Shown here in pieces: positions 46,801-59,400 of a stretch of 64,000 bases of DNA; the stretch's first letter is position 1, and each line of letters opens with the position of its first letter. The DNA lies in NCBI GenBank assembly GCA_031835245.2, contig JAVKOQ020000024.1, forward strand, positions 1-64,000, read 5' to 3'. Below the pieces are notes generated by a model. It ran no database searches and had not been told where the DNA came from. It saw nothing but the letters and a program-made list of their open reading frames with translations. The stretch is from Balamuthia mandrillaris (lineage: Eukaryota). The translations under genes were made by a program, and so were the position numbers.

Positions 46801-47133
46801 TTTCTCATAGTTTGTCTCTTGGTTGGCGTTGTTTCTGATGAGATCATAATTAATTTTGATTTTCAATTGGACGTTGCAATTTGATGAGCTGACGCCATTT
46901 TATCCAAAATTGGTAGCCTCTTATGTCACCACTTCACTGAAAAAGTAAACTTGGCGCTTGTAAGGAAAAAACACAGCGATGATCAGGAAATAGGAATCAA
47001 ACAATCAAACGACGAAGAGAGAAAGAGAGAACACACATAAAGAAGAAGCGCCTCTGTTCATCATCATTTTGTTTCAAGCTTCTTGTGTGACACGCCGACG
47101 AGAGCCTGAATTTTCCTTTTTTTTTTAAAGCAA

Positions 47134-47693
47134 ATGCAACACGAGGACGAAGAGGGCAAATCGTCCACTTTCAGCAGCACAACGCTCCGGTGGCGCGAGA
47201 TCAAAGGAGCGGAGAACATCCCTCGGACCGGCCGGTTGTGCCACACCATCACGCCCATTCACGGCAACCGCCTGTTCTGTTGGGGCGGCTGGGGTGGGGA
47301 GGAGGAGCGGTACACCGACGCCTTCATTTTCGATGTGGAGCTGGAAGAGTGGACCCCGGTGGAGTGCAAGGGCGACGTCCCTGCCCCTCGCTCCACTCAT
47401 TCGGTACGTTGCTGCGTTTGCTTTCCTTCTGTAGCGATCACCTTCATGTACCTCGTGTTGCCGTTCATCCAACCATTGTTTTTTTTTTTGTTAAAAAACA
47501 AAGATGACAAGCATCAATGGAGGCAAGCAGCTGTTACTCTTTGCTGGCTACCTTGGCGGTGAACGACGGACCAACGACATGCACATTTTAGACGTTGGTA
47601 AGTGTAGCTCTTTCATAGTTTCTCTCTCTCGTTCCTGTTCTCTTTTGTTCTTTCTCGTCCCCTCTATTTTCTCTCTCTTCTCTGCTCTCCCCC

Positions 47694-47744
<51 letters not shown>

Positions 47745-48021
47745 GTTGCTTTTTGTTTTTCTCTTCTCTCTCCAATCGTTCTTGTCTATCTTCCTAGCAT
47801 ATCTCCACTGAGAAATGTTTTACTCTCTTTAAAAAAAACACAAAGACTCTTTAACATGGAGACTCATCCAACCAAAAAATGGAGTGGTGCCGCCAGCTCG
47901 AAATACACATTCCGCAACTTTGTTAGGCGATGGCCGTCGCATCGTCGTGTTTGGAGGAAGGAACAGCTCACACTTCTTCAACGATGTTTGGATGTTTGAT
48001 ATACGTATGATACGCTCTCTT

Positions 48022-48066
<45 letters not shown>

Positions 48067-48850
48067 GCTTTCAATCTCTTGTTTGCCTTACCTTTTTATA
48101 TTCTTCTGAACGAACAATATCAACGAACAGCAACTACGACGTGGACACCATTGACCATGAGTGGTAATGACAGCATCCCAAGTGGACGTTCTGGTCATTC
48201 GGCCGTCCTCAAAGGAGACAACCGCATCATTATCTTTGGAGGTTGGGACGGTGGCCGGAATCGCTTTGGCCAAGTATGGGAGCTAGACCCTTGTGCGTAC
48301 TTTTGTTTCCCTCTTTCATCATTCATCTCTTGCTTTTGTTGCACTCGTTTCTTATGCCACTCAAAAAGTAAACCAAAAGTGGATACTGCATGACCCAATG
48401 GCCATCGATAGCCACCAGCCAGCCGCCCGTTCGGGGCACACCGCCGCCCTGCTAAACCAGCAGGAGATGGTGGTCTTTGGCGGTTGGGGCGAAGGCGTCT
48501 ACTGCAGCGACGTGTACATACTTCACCTGGAGAGGATGGAATGGCGACGGGTGGCGCCGGCGGGTATAAAATGCCCCAGTCCACGTCGCTTCCACGCCAT
48601 GGCAAGCATTCCTCCCTTCGGGGCGTTCATTCACGGAGGAAAGAGCCACGATTACCAGCAGCAATACAACGACATGTTTGTGTTGAGCGTTGGGCCGCCT
48701 TCTTTGCAAGGCATGTGTAAACAGCATATCAAGGACAACTTGGCGCGGTATAAGAGCGAGCGGGAGTGGCCGGCGATTCCTCTGGAGCTGCGTTCCTCCA
48801 TGGAGGAAAATAACGCTGAAGAAGAAGCAGAGAAAGAAGCACAGCTGTGA
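47134..48850 (+). CDS. Kelch-repeat beta-propeller protein with C-terminal BC-box/cullin-box (KLHDC2/3/10-like)
   Basis: Repeats R..H...GG...W (GRLCHT, PRSTHS, ARNTHS, GRSGHS, ARSGHT, PRRFHA); C-terminal PPSLQGMCKQHI...IPLEL. Confidence 0.88.
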
Positions 48851-49151
48851 AAGGAATTTATGTCGACAAATCAATGTCGACACGAAACTGTACAATTGAC
48901 TCCTCATCCTTTAATGTCCACAAAAATTGAATGACGTAATTTCACGTAGAGCCGATCGATCGGGATCTTTATCGTAGACAATCAAAAAAAAGAAGAAAAG
49001 AGAGGAAAGGGCTTCACTTCTCTCTCTCTCTCTGCTCGAGTGCCCCTCCCTCCCCTCTTTTCTTTATTTTTTTTTCCTCCTCCCTTTGGATCGTAGCTAT
49101 CCCCAATCCCTTTCGGAAAGAGGGTGGGGGATCTTTTAAAAACACAAATAG

Positions 49152-50433
49152 ATGCAGAGATCCAAGGCGGTGGACATCCAGCAAGAGGGCAGGACTTACT
49201 TCTCCCGAAGAGAGCCTCAACAAGCTGCGGCTGACGTGCTTCTTCAAGATGACTCTGAAGAAGAGGTGACGGAACAATCAAATGTCGACGACGCACCACC
49301 AGATGCAGACGACAGCGAAATTGGTTTGCTTGTTCCTCCTTTTTGATTTTATTTTTTTTGAAGTTGAGGTTAACGCTCTCTCTCTCCCCCCTTTCCTCTC
49401 CGTGTCTCTTCTTTCTTCCCTATTCAATAGGAGCGCTGTTCACAACCAATCTGTCGTCGCAGGCATTAGACATAGGCACAGTCATCCTGAAGGACATTTG
49501 CGTGCTGCGAAAGTTCACTGTCATCAATCTCAGCCCAGACAAGGTGCTGCGCATCGGCCTCTCCTCTAGTTTGGGGGAGGAGCAGATTGGCTTTCAGCTG
49601 AACAATGAAAATCTACACAGCAACTTGGATGAGGATGACTACAATCAGGTACGCACTCCCTGTTTTTCACTCCTCATCATTTTGCCTTCCGCCAATTTTT
49701 CTATCTCTCTCACTCTTGTTCTTCTTCTTCTCCTCATCTCGTTCTTTTTTCAACCGGCAAAACTTCTTCTGACTTTGTCTTTTGTTCTTTTTGAATGTAG
49801 CTCTTCAATTTCATTAATCGGATAGATGAAGTCACTCTATATCCTCGCCAGAAGAAAAGCGTTGTACTGTCCTTTTTGCCTCAACCGCTTCAAGAAGAAG
49901 AAGAAGATACTTCTGTACGCCTTTCTCTTCTTTGTCCATTTCATAGCTGATGACGCTCTCTTGTTATCCACCTAACTATCACTGAAACAGGCTTCCATGA
50001 ACACGAGCGATAAGCCTCATAGCTTTTTCAACGTAACCGGAGAGATATATTTGACTTTGTTGTCGGCTGTCACTCAGTCTGGAGAAAATACGAGTCTGGA
50101 AGATGAAGCATTCCATCCTTTAACAGTGGAAGAATCACCTCAACAACAGAAGGTATGTTGAATCTCTCCTTCTCTCCTTTGGTTTTTTTAGTTGTTGAAA
50201 ACCGTCTTTCATTCCAGTTGGCCATTCCATTTATCGCCAAAGTGTGTCGTTCGGAACTACGGATAGATGTCCATGAAATTGCTTTTGACCATTGCGTCCT
50301 TGGAGGTAGCTACGTCAAAGATTTTACCATTCGCAACTTTTCGGAGATGCCTCTCTCGTTTACTGTCAAGACGGAAGATTTCATCACTAGAGAAAGGATT
50401 TTGCAGTTTACAGACACAGCTACCGGCTCTCCT

Positions 50434-50478
<45 letters not shown>

Positions 50479-53400
50479 CGTCCCTTCACTCCATATTCGC
50501 TGCTTTCTCGCTTGTTTGTGTATCTCTGCCACTCTCTTTTTTCTACTATATATGTCTCTTATGTCATTTTAATAACCCTCAATTTTACTAACTCATTCTA
50601 TTAGTTCATGATCACGTTATTCCAAGTTACTCTTCTCTTGACGTCCGTGTCATTTTCAAACCCATAGCTGAAGGAGAAGCCAATTACACCATTCATATCG
50701 AGAACACCAACGATCCAAACAACGTTGAGAATGTCAAAGTTCGCTCTTTCACCACCTCCCAATCGTTCCAGAAAACGCTCTTTGTGGACACTCAACGACT
50801 CAATTTTGGAGATGTCTACTCGAACGTGCCAACCTGTCAACTGTTGACTATTCGCAACGTTAGCGATGAAGCGTTAGAAGTCCATTTGGACAGCAGTTCC
50901 TCTTCGGAAGTTTGGTTCGTGTTCGATCCGGACGAAGAGCAAAACGAGGAGGAGGAAGAGGGGAGCGGTGACAGTGGGAGCAGCAGCAAAGAAAACATGC
51001 GAGATTTGGCACTTGACAAGTCTCACTCACGCATCGAAGAAATCAGCCTCGACGTGGGAGAAGAGAAGAAGATTCACGTGTGGTATTGCCCTGAGCCAGA
51101 AGAAGAGGAAGAAGAAGAAGGAGAGCTTTCCAACAAACGCTTGAACAAACGAAGAGCTCAAGCCGAAGGTGTGGATGGACTGAGCAACATAAATGACAGC
51201 CCTAAAGTAATGGTGAGAAACAAAGGCAGTTCCTCGTTGTCGGATATCAGCACCGTCCATGGCAGCGGAGGAGGAAGTCTGTCATCGGAAACAGGAGAAG
51301 AGAATGCGGACATTGCAAAAGAAAAAGCACGAGAGGAACAAGCCAAAAAGTGGAAGAAACTGGGTAAATTGTTGCCAAGGGAGTTTTCGCTGTATCTCAA
51401 GTGCAAGACCCCAGAAGGCAAGTTGAAAGCCAAGAAGACCATCACTGGTTCGGCTAGAGTCTGTACCTCCATCATCCACATTCCTCGAAGTGTCATCAAT
51501 CTCGGTGATTGCGCAATTGGATCTTGGAAGGTATACTTAAGTTTTTGTTGTTTCCTTTGTGTTCTTTACCCTCTTTTCCGTGTTTCGTGTAGTTTCCTGA
51601 CTTACCCTGACCTGTGTTTCACTTTCTCTACTGCCTCTCCCAGTCTGCAGTGGTGGAAGTGCACAACATTTCGGAATTACCGGCAAAGATAGCAATGAAG
51701 TATCAATCCAAGGTCGTGACGTTTAAAGACCAGGATGAGATCATCATCCCGGCAAAACAAACTGCTGACCTGAAGATGAACTTTGTGCCCAGAAAGATAA
51801 ATCCAGATTACAGAAAAGAGATCACGATGATTAATCTTAACAATCCGCGAAACGATCAGTTTGTTGAGGTATTTGCTTCTTTGTAATTGCTCTTTCCTCT
51901 CTTTCTCTCTTCTACTTGTGGTTCTCTTACAATTTCATGTCATATCTTCAGGTGCGAGCGAACAACATCGATCCGTTGAGAATTACGTTTCATTCGCTGT
52001 TCTACCATGTCATAACACCCTACTCGCGTAATTTTCTCAATTTTGACAACGTGATAGTGGGCAGCCCTGTCGTGCAAACCTTTGTCATCAAGAACGTGAC
52101 GAAAAAGCAACTTCGGCTCGAGTTTAAGACATCATTGCCAGATGAACTCACCGTACTTCTCGCTCTGCTCTGCTTTTCTCTTAATAATTTTTGTTAAATT
52201 GACTTGGTTACGTTTCAGTTATGGAAACAAGGAAGCAAAACCTTCACAGAACTGTCTAAATCGCCGCAATCCAAAACGGAGCAATTGCTCGAACGGTTCG
52301 AACAACAGGAAGAACTTAGGAAAAAAGCAATGACTGATGAGCTTCATAAAGCACACAGACACCGAAGACTAACCACATTAGAGACTCTCGATCTTCCACT
52401 GAAACCAGAACTATTATCAACGGGCACCAAAAGAAGAACGAACGACCGGAAAGATAAAGACAAGCAAGAGGAAGGGCAACAACATAAGACACAGCTGCAA
52501 GATGAAAAGGAGAGAGAAGGCGTGGAGGAGAAGGAAGCAGAAGACGAAGGAAAAGAAGAAAACGAAATGGACCTTCATTATCGTGGTAGCCAACATTACT
52601 TGGATTTGGCCTTCACCCCTTCCAGAGCAAAACATGTCTTCAAGAAATCAGCTTCTCTTGCAAAACTTGGTGGCTTGGATTCTACCATGACGTCTCCGCT
52701 TCATCGCAGTTCTGGTGCTACTGGAGGAGGAGCAGTTGATAGAGGCAACAAGAAAATATCTGAGGACAACAAATCTCAGCCGTCGGAAGATGGAAGTGAA
52801 GGAACTAGAAGAAGAGGATTGCAGAAGAGGTCAAGTGGCGAGAACTTGCATTCACAGAGAAGGCATTCTAGTTCAGTCGTTTTGGAATCGCTGACTCAGC
52901 CCCTAACGCTGCCAACACCAGAAGTCATCACTTTATCTCATGTTGGAACATTGCCGGCGGCGGCGCATCCTTTGGAAGAGGAGTTCATCCTCCAACAAGA
53001 GAAGAAGTTCAAAGGGCTACAAAAAGCCATCAAAGAGGGGTTGTTGGTGCCTTTGTCCAGAGAACTCTCCAACAGTATGCAAGAACATTTCAGCAGCGAC
53101 ATAGGTGGCAACAGCAGTAAGCATCGTTCTAAGACAACCATGTCGCAGTGCAAAAGCGTCGACGATTTTCGCATTATGAGTGGCAGTGTTTCGGGGCGGC
53201 TGCGAAGGTATATTATCTCTTATCTCTTGCTCTTGCTTTCTTGCTTACGTAACCTTACTGGATTATAGACAAAGAACTCAAAGCACTACGGCCAAACAAA
53301 TCCTCACTCTGGATGCGGAGGAGAGGTGTGTGATTTATGTTGTGTTTCAACCCTCTCCAGATAAGCGGCCTTGGCTTCGTGGAAAGCTTAAAAAAGTGAA

Positions 53401-56400
53401 AGGAACAATCTCCATGAAACTGATCCGTACGCATTCTCTCTCTCTCTCTCTCGTTCTTTTCTTAATAGTGGTTCTGCTGTCTTTCAAATTAGGATACGAT
53501 CGCGACATGTTGAAGAGTATCATAACGGACGAGGAAACCGAAGACATTCCAGTAAGAGAGCTGTTGGTCACTGCTAACATTTGTCGCTCGATCATGGAGT
53601 TGGCCCAAAAGCACATCAACTTTGGGACTGTGACGCTATCTTCACATACAAAATCGAAGTCGTTGGTCGTCAACAATTTGTCGGAAGTTCCACTTCTTTA
53701 CCGGGTTAAAAAATCTGGTTCCATTGCTTCTATGGCCATGGAAATCGCTAAAGAGGATCGTGTGGGCATTATACGACCCTATAGGTATGTTCAGCCCCTT
53801 CTTCCTCTTCTCTCTTTGTTCATGTTATGTTATCCTCTTGTCCTCGTTCTCTTCTATGCGCTCTTCTCTTCTTTATGACTTGTTTTTTCCTTTCGAAAAA
53901 TATTCAAACAAAAAAAAAAAAAACACAGGCGCAGAGAAATGCGGTTTCAATTCAAGCCAACGTTGAGTGGACCCTTCTCCGAAAAGCTGATCATAGAGAA
54001 CATATATGACCCAACAAACACCCAAATCATCAGCGTAAAGGCTTTCGTAAAGCCAAAGCAAATCTTTTTCATCCAAAGCCTCGATATGGACTTTGCAATC
54101 TGTGCCCTTCGTCAAAAATCAAAGAAGCAGAAAATCGTTTTTTCCAACGTGACGAACCAAAAACGAATCTTTGAAATACGCCGAGATGAAAATGCAATGT
54201 AAGTTGATGCTTGTAATCTCACATTCTCATTTTCCTCATTCTCGTTTTTCTCCTCTTCTTTGTCTTTCTTCTGGATATAATCATAGGCCTGAAAGTTGCG
54301 ATTACGATGTGTACTTCCGTCCTGAGCGCAAAGACATCATTATCCTTACCAAAGATGAAGAAGTGGAGATAGCAGGCCTGCAACAAAAAGTCAAGATCGG
54401 CAAAAGAAAGTCCAAAGACGTATCAAAGCTAGAACAAAAGATTAGGGACATTCGGAGTGGTTTGTTACGGAAAAAAGGAGGAGTCTCCCCGGCAAGCTCT
54501 TCTGCTGCTGATCACCCTTCTACTCCTTCTCCGTCTGGCGAAGGAGCAGCGAATATACCCTTTGAAAAGAACTTGCTTCAATTCACGGTGGAACCGAACG
54601 GCGTTGTGTCTATAATTGCCATTCTTCGCCCCAAACCTAAAAGAAGAGAGAAACCATCAACAACAGATGGCGATGTTAACAAGCCCTCATCCACCAAAGA
54701 AAAAGAAGTGGAGGTCATCTCTGGGAAGTTTATTGTGAATGAGACGAAAAACGTGGACGCTATCAAAGCGATAACGTGGAAGGCAACGTTGTGCAGAAAT
54801 GAGACGGCCTACGCGCGATTAACCTTGCAAAGAAAGAAGGAAGAGGAGGTTGCTGCCAAAAAGGCTGTACTGACCAGCGTCAGCGCCATCGAAGACGATG
54901 TCATTATCAGCAAAACGGACCTCAACAAACGGCGCTCCTCCGTTCTACCATCTATTCTTGAAGAATCGCAACGACAACCGGCAGAGAATGACGCAATGTC
55001 AAGCATCGATTCAGAAGGGCTTCAAACTTACCTTGCTTCGCTCTCTGGAAGAACCACTAGCAGCGAAGACACTCCTTCTTCTACTGTTGAGACCGTTTCA
55101 AACGACAAAAACAAAACCAACGAAGGAGAGGCCTTCACTGCAAAACCAACCATTGTTGCAAAAGAAGGAGTGGAAGGAGAGATTGACGAAGGCTTTCTTA
55201 CTCCTCCGAATTCTCCATTCAACTCGGATGTGGATGAGAATGATGATGATGAAGAAAGGGAAGAACAAGGGCTGGGGCTGCGTGCTGTGCTAGCAAGTGC
55301 CTCCGGTAGAGCTTCGCCTGCGCCGAGCACCTTGCTGGAGACTTTCGAGCACGAGATACGCGAACAAATGCGGCTCAGAGAAAGCGTGAGTGTTGTTGTC
55401 TTTGTGTGTTTTTTGTTCTTGGTGGTATCTGTAAGTTTATCTTGTTCTGGTTTTAACTTTATTCTGCGTTCAGTACAAGTTGACACTGGAACCATCCACA
55501 ATCGAACTGGGCAAGGTGCAAGTGGGCGAAAAAGTTTTTTCAGAGTTTTACATCAAGAACGAAGCTCCCGAGCCTATCAGCTTCGATATACTCTACATCG
55601 CTCCCCACAAAGCCTCACAACAATCATCCAGCCCAGGTCGCTCACGCTCCAGAAGTGGCACCAATAAGAAACAATTGTCTCCATCTCATCAATCACACCA
55701 ACCCCAACAACAGCAGCACCAACAACAAACCCAGCCCGTTTCCTCTGAAGCACCAACCCCTCCTTTTATGTCACCTCCTTCTTCGGGCTACACCACTCCT
55801 TCCTTTGCTTCTTCTGCTGGAGGCAAAGAAGTTGGCGATGAGTCATCCACATTAATGCAGTTTGACCAGTACCAAGGCACAATTGCTCCAAATGGCGGCG
55901 TGCGTCGCATCGGCTTTAGCATGCTTTGCTTGCCGCCCATTCACGCTCAGAGTCATCGAGTGGTGGTGAGGAACCTCAGTACGCTCGCGGAGAGTACCCT
56001 TACCGTGGAGCTCACTCCCATCCAACCCCGTTTCCTACGGTTCCCAAGCTTGGAAGTGGATGAGCAAACGGGGGCCTCCTTCCTTGATCTTGGCTTTTGT
56101 TATGTGACAGAGGATGCGCCGCTTGCCTCGGAGAAAGAAGCCTATGCTAAAGTGTGCTCCATTCCTATCGAAAACGTGTCAGAGGTACATTGCCGTTACT
56201 TCTCACGATTCTTCATCATTTTTTGTTCTTCTAATCATTGTTTTTCGTTTTCGCACAATTCACATTCCATAAAAATTACTTCTCTCTAGAAAAACCTGGT
56301 GCTCTCGTTAACGACCAACATCTCGGCACAAGCTGTACTTTTCCAGGACGAAGCGCTGCAGCAATCAGGAGACTTCGTCTACCTACCCTCCAAAGAGCAA

Positions 56401-59400
56401 CGCACCGTCTACATCTGCATCCTTCCCAATCGTAGTCGCTTTGGCAAGTCCTACAAACAAGGAGTCTGTCGTGACCTCATCGGTGGCATTCGTATCAAAG
56501 TGCACGACCAAGCCACAATGGATGCAAGCATGCTGGCAAGAATGTCTCCTCCTTCCTCCGCTTTTAGTTCTGCGCTCCTCGCCCCTGTTCCCATGCGTGC
56601 GCCGCCTTCTTTCATGCTTCCTGGTTCTTCTTCCTCCTCTGCTACCCCAACTCCTTCCTCGTCACCGCCACCACCAACAACAGATCACGCGGAACTTGCC
56701 GCCTCGCTTCGTTCTCCTTCTCCCACTCCCACCATTTCCTCCCCACTTGTTGAAGCAGTGCCACAGCCGCGTTATCTCTATGAGAGGACAATTAAGTTTA
56801 TGGGCGTCATTGGCCAAAGCGTGTTGAAACTCTCTGAACATTATTCTGACCTTGGAGTCGTTCATGAACTCGGTAAACCCGTTCAAGGTATTTTTTTAAA
56901 TATCTAAATCCTTCGTTTCTCTTCTCTCTCCCTTATGAACAATATTGATTGAATATACTTTGTAGGCCGCTTTGTCATTTCAAATATGACAGAAAAGATG
57001 CCTCTTCATTGGGAAATGCAGTGTACCTCCTTGCTGGTAAGTTGTTTTATTTATTTGAAAAAACTTTTTTGACTAACGAGAGTTACCAGACTTTGAGTGT
57101 TACGTCGGGACTGTTGGCTCCACGCAATGAGGGTGGCGACCATCATCAAGGTTTTTTTCTCCTTGTTTCTTTTCTACCCTTTTTTTTGTTACGTCTTAGA
57201 ACTAACACTGAGCCTTATTTTTTCTTCTTTTTTCAGTTGTCACGTACAGTTTGTTGCCAACAGAATATGGTCTCTTTGAAGAGGAGATCCTTGTCTTCAA
57301 CAAGGACAATGGTAAAAATCCCGTTCCTCAAATCTTAAGAGTTCGGCTGTTCGTCGAACAACCCGTTCTTCAAGTCACTCAAGACAACATCGATGTCGTT
57401 GCCACTAAACCGAAGGAAGAAAAGGAAAAAGAACAAGAAAAGCAAAAAGAAGCAAACATAGAGAAGCAGGTAGCAAACGAGTTACCAACTGTTTCAGTTC
57501 TTGATTTTGGAGTCCTTTATCTACAAGGAAACGTTGTGGAGCAACAGCATAAAAAAGAAGAACCCACCAACGTGGAAGAAGGAGAAGAACGGCAACCACA
57601 ACCACATCATCAACATCAACAACAATTAGAGGAAGACATGTCGTTGAGCAGAAACGGAACTAATTGGCAACAACTCTACATGACGAATGCCAGTGATGAA
57701 ACACTCACTTTGCGAGTAAGATCGGACATCGACATGTTTGTTTTTCACCAGTCTATCGTGGATGAAAAGGACATACCGAAGAAAGAAAGTTTGTTGCCGT
57801 TGTTGGAAGAGAAAAAAGCGGAATGGTACCGAGAGAGAGCAGTAGAGCCACATCAACATTCATCTTCAACCGAGAGACAATATCGTGTTATTGGACACGA
57901 TATAACGTTGAGGCCCTTTGAACGGGTTCTTCTTCACTTCTTCGCTCCTGATTTCAGGAGTAACCACAACAACCAACCCAATTTCTCGCGCAAACTCGCT
58001 CGTTTGTTTGAAGGCAAACTTGTTCCTCTGACAGGAACAATCCTTTTGGAAAATGTGAATCGAGAACAACTAGAACGAGAAGAAAAAGTAAATGAACCAT
58101 CTTCACCCTCGACAGTAACAGGCAAGCGGAATACTGCTGTGATGAAAGTGATCAACTTGAAGGCTTCTTATTGCATATCGATGGGCAGGATCTCTCCCAA
58201 CAACGTACAGCTGGACAAGATCACCAACGTCTTCGAGGCAAAACCATTCCAGTTCCTTGTGGAGAACACCTCTGAAAGCCCTCTCTGCTGTCTCTTTGAA
58301 GACCCACTACCGGAAGAAATCACCATCGAACAACCTTTCCGTCTTAGTTCTGCTCGATCTTCCACTTCTTCCTCTGCTGGCGAAGATTCGCCAAACATCA
58401 GTAGCGAGAACCTTCATCATCAAAAGGGCTTGCTTCTCGTTCCAGCCTTGTCCTCGGTGTCCGTATCAGCGGTTCTCGACGCAGCTCGCATACGTGGCTC
58501 CTCCTCTTCCTTTGGGGACCACCTGTACCAATCGGTGCTTACGCTGCACAACCTCCACAACTCACGCAACGACTCCTACCTTCATCTCTGCGCTCCCGTG
58601 CAGCTGCAACGTCTCTCCTACCGCCGTCTTACTGATGACAACGAGCTGGTCTTCTCATCACCATTGATGCACCCCACTCCCCCCGATGTGCCCCCTCCCG
58701 ACGAGTGGTTCACCATTATCAACACCTTTGATAAGCCGCTTGAAATACAGCTCAGCGGACAGCTCAACCCGGCGATGGCAGACCTCATTAGCCTTCGCCT
58801 GCTCAGTAGAACTTCCAATACGCCTCTCTCCAAGTTCACTTTGCCTGTAGGCGGCAGCATCGATGTCAAAGTAAGAGTCATGGCGAGAAAGGACTCACGC
58901 ATGCCAAGCAACTGGGGCAAGAAGTACAAAGACTATCCTTTGGGAAAGTTGTTGCTGCAATGCGCGAACAACTTCACAGAGACTGTGTGGTTGCATGGCT
59001 CCTTGACACCGGGACCGACTTTCTCGTTGTCGTCCACGAGGCTGCATTTCAGAAAGGATGAGGAGGATCATGCTCCTTTGCCCAGCGATTCGTTCATGGT
59101 CAAAAACCTGTCTTCTCACTTCCCGTTGAAGCTGGAAATCATCGAAGTAAACGGCAGCAACAAAGACTCTTTATCGGTGAAGGATATCCATCCTCACCCT
59201 TCCCCTCAAACTACCACCTCTCCATCTACAGGGAACAAAGAAGGAGGTTCCTCCACTCTCTTCCAAATTTTGCCTTCGAGCAAGATAACAGTGCCCGCTG
59301 CAAGTACCAAACAAATCACCATTCGTCTCAACTCAGAAAAGAAAAACAGCGCTTATCCCACCAACAAGATGTTCCAAGACGTTCATTTCCTAGTCAGAGA

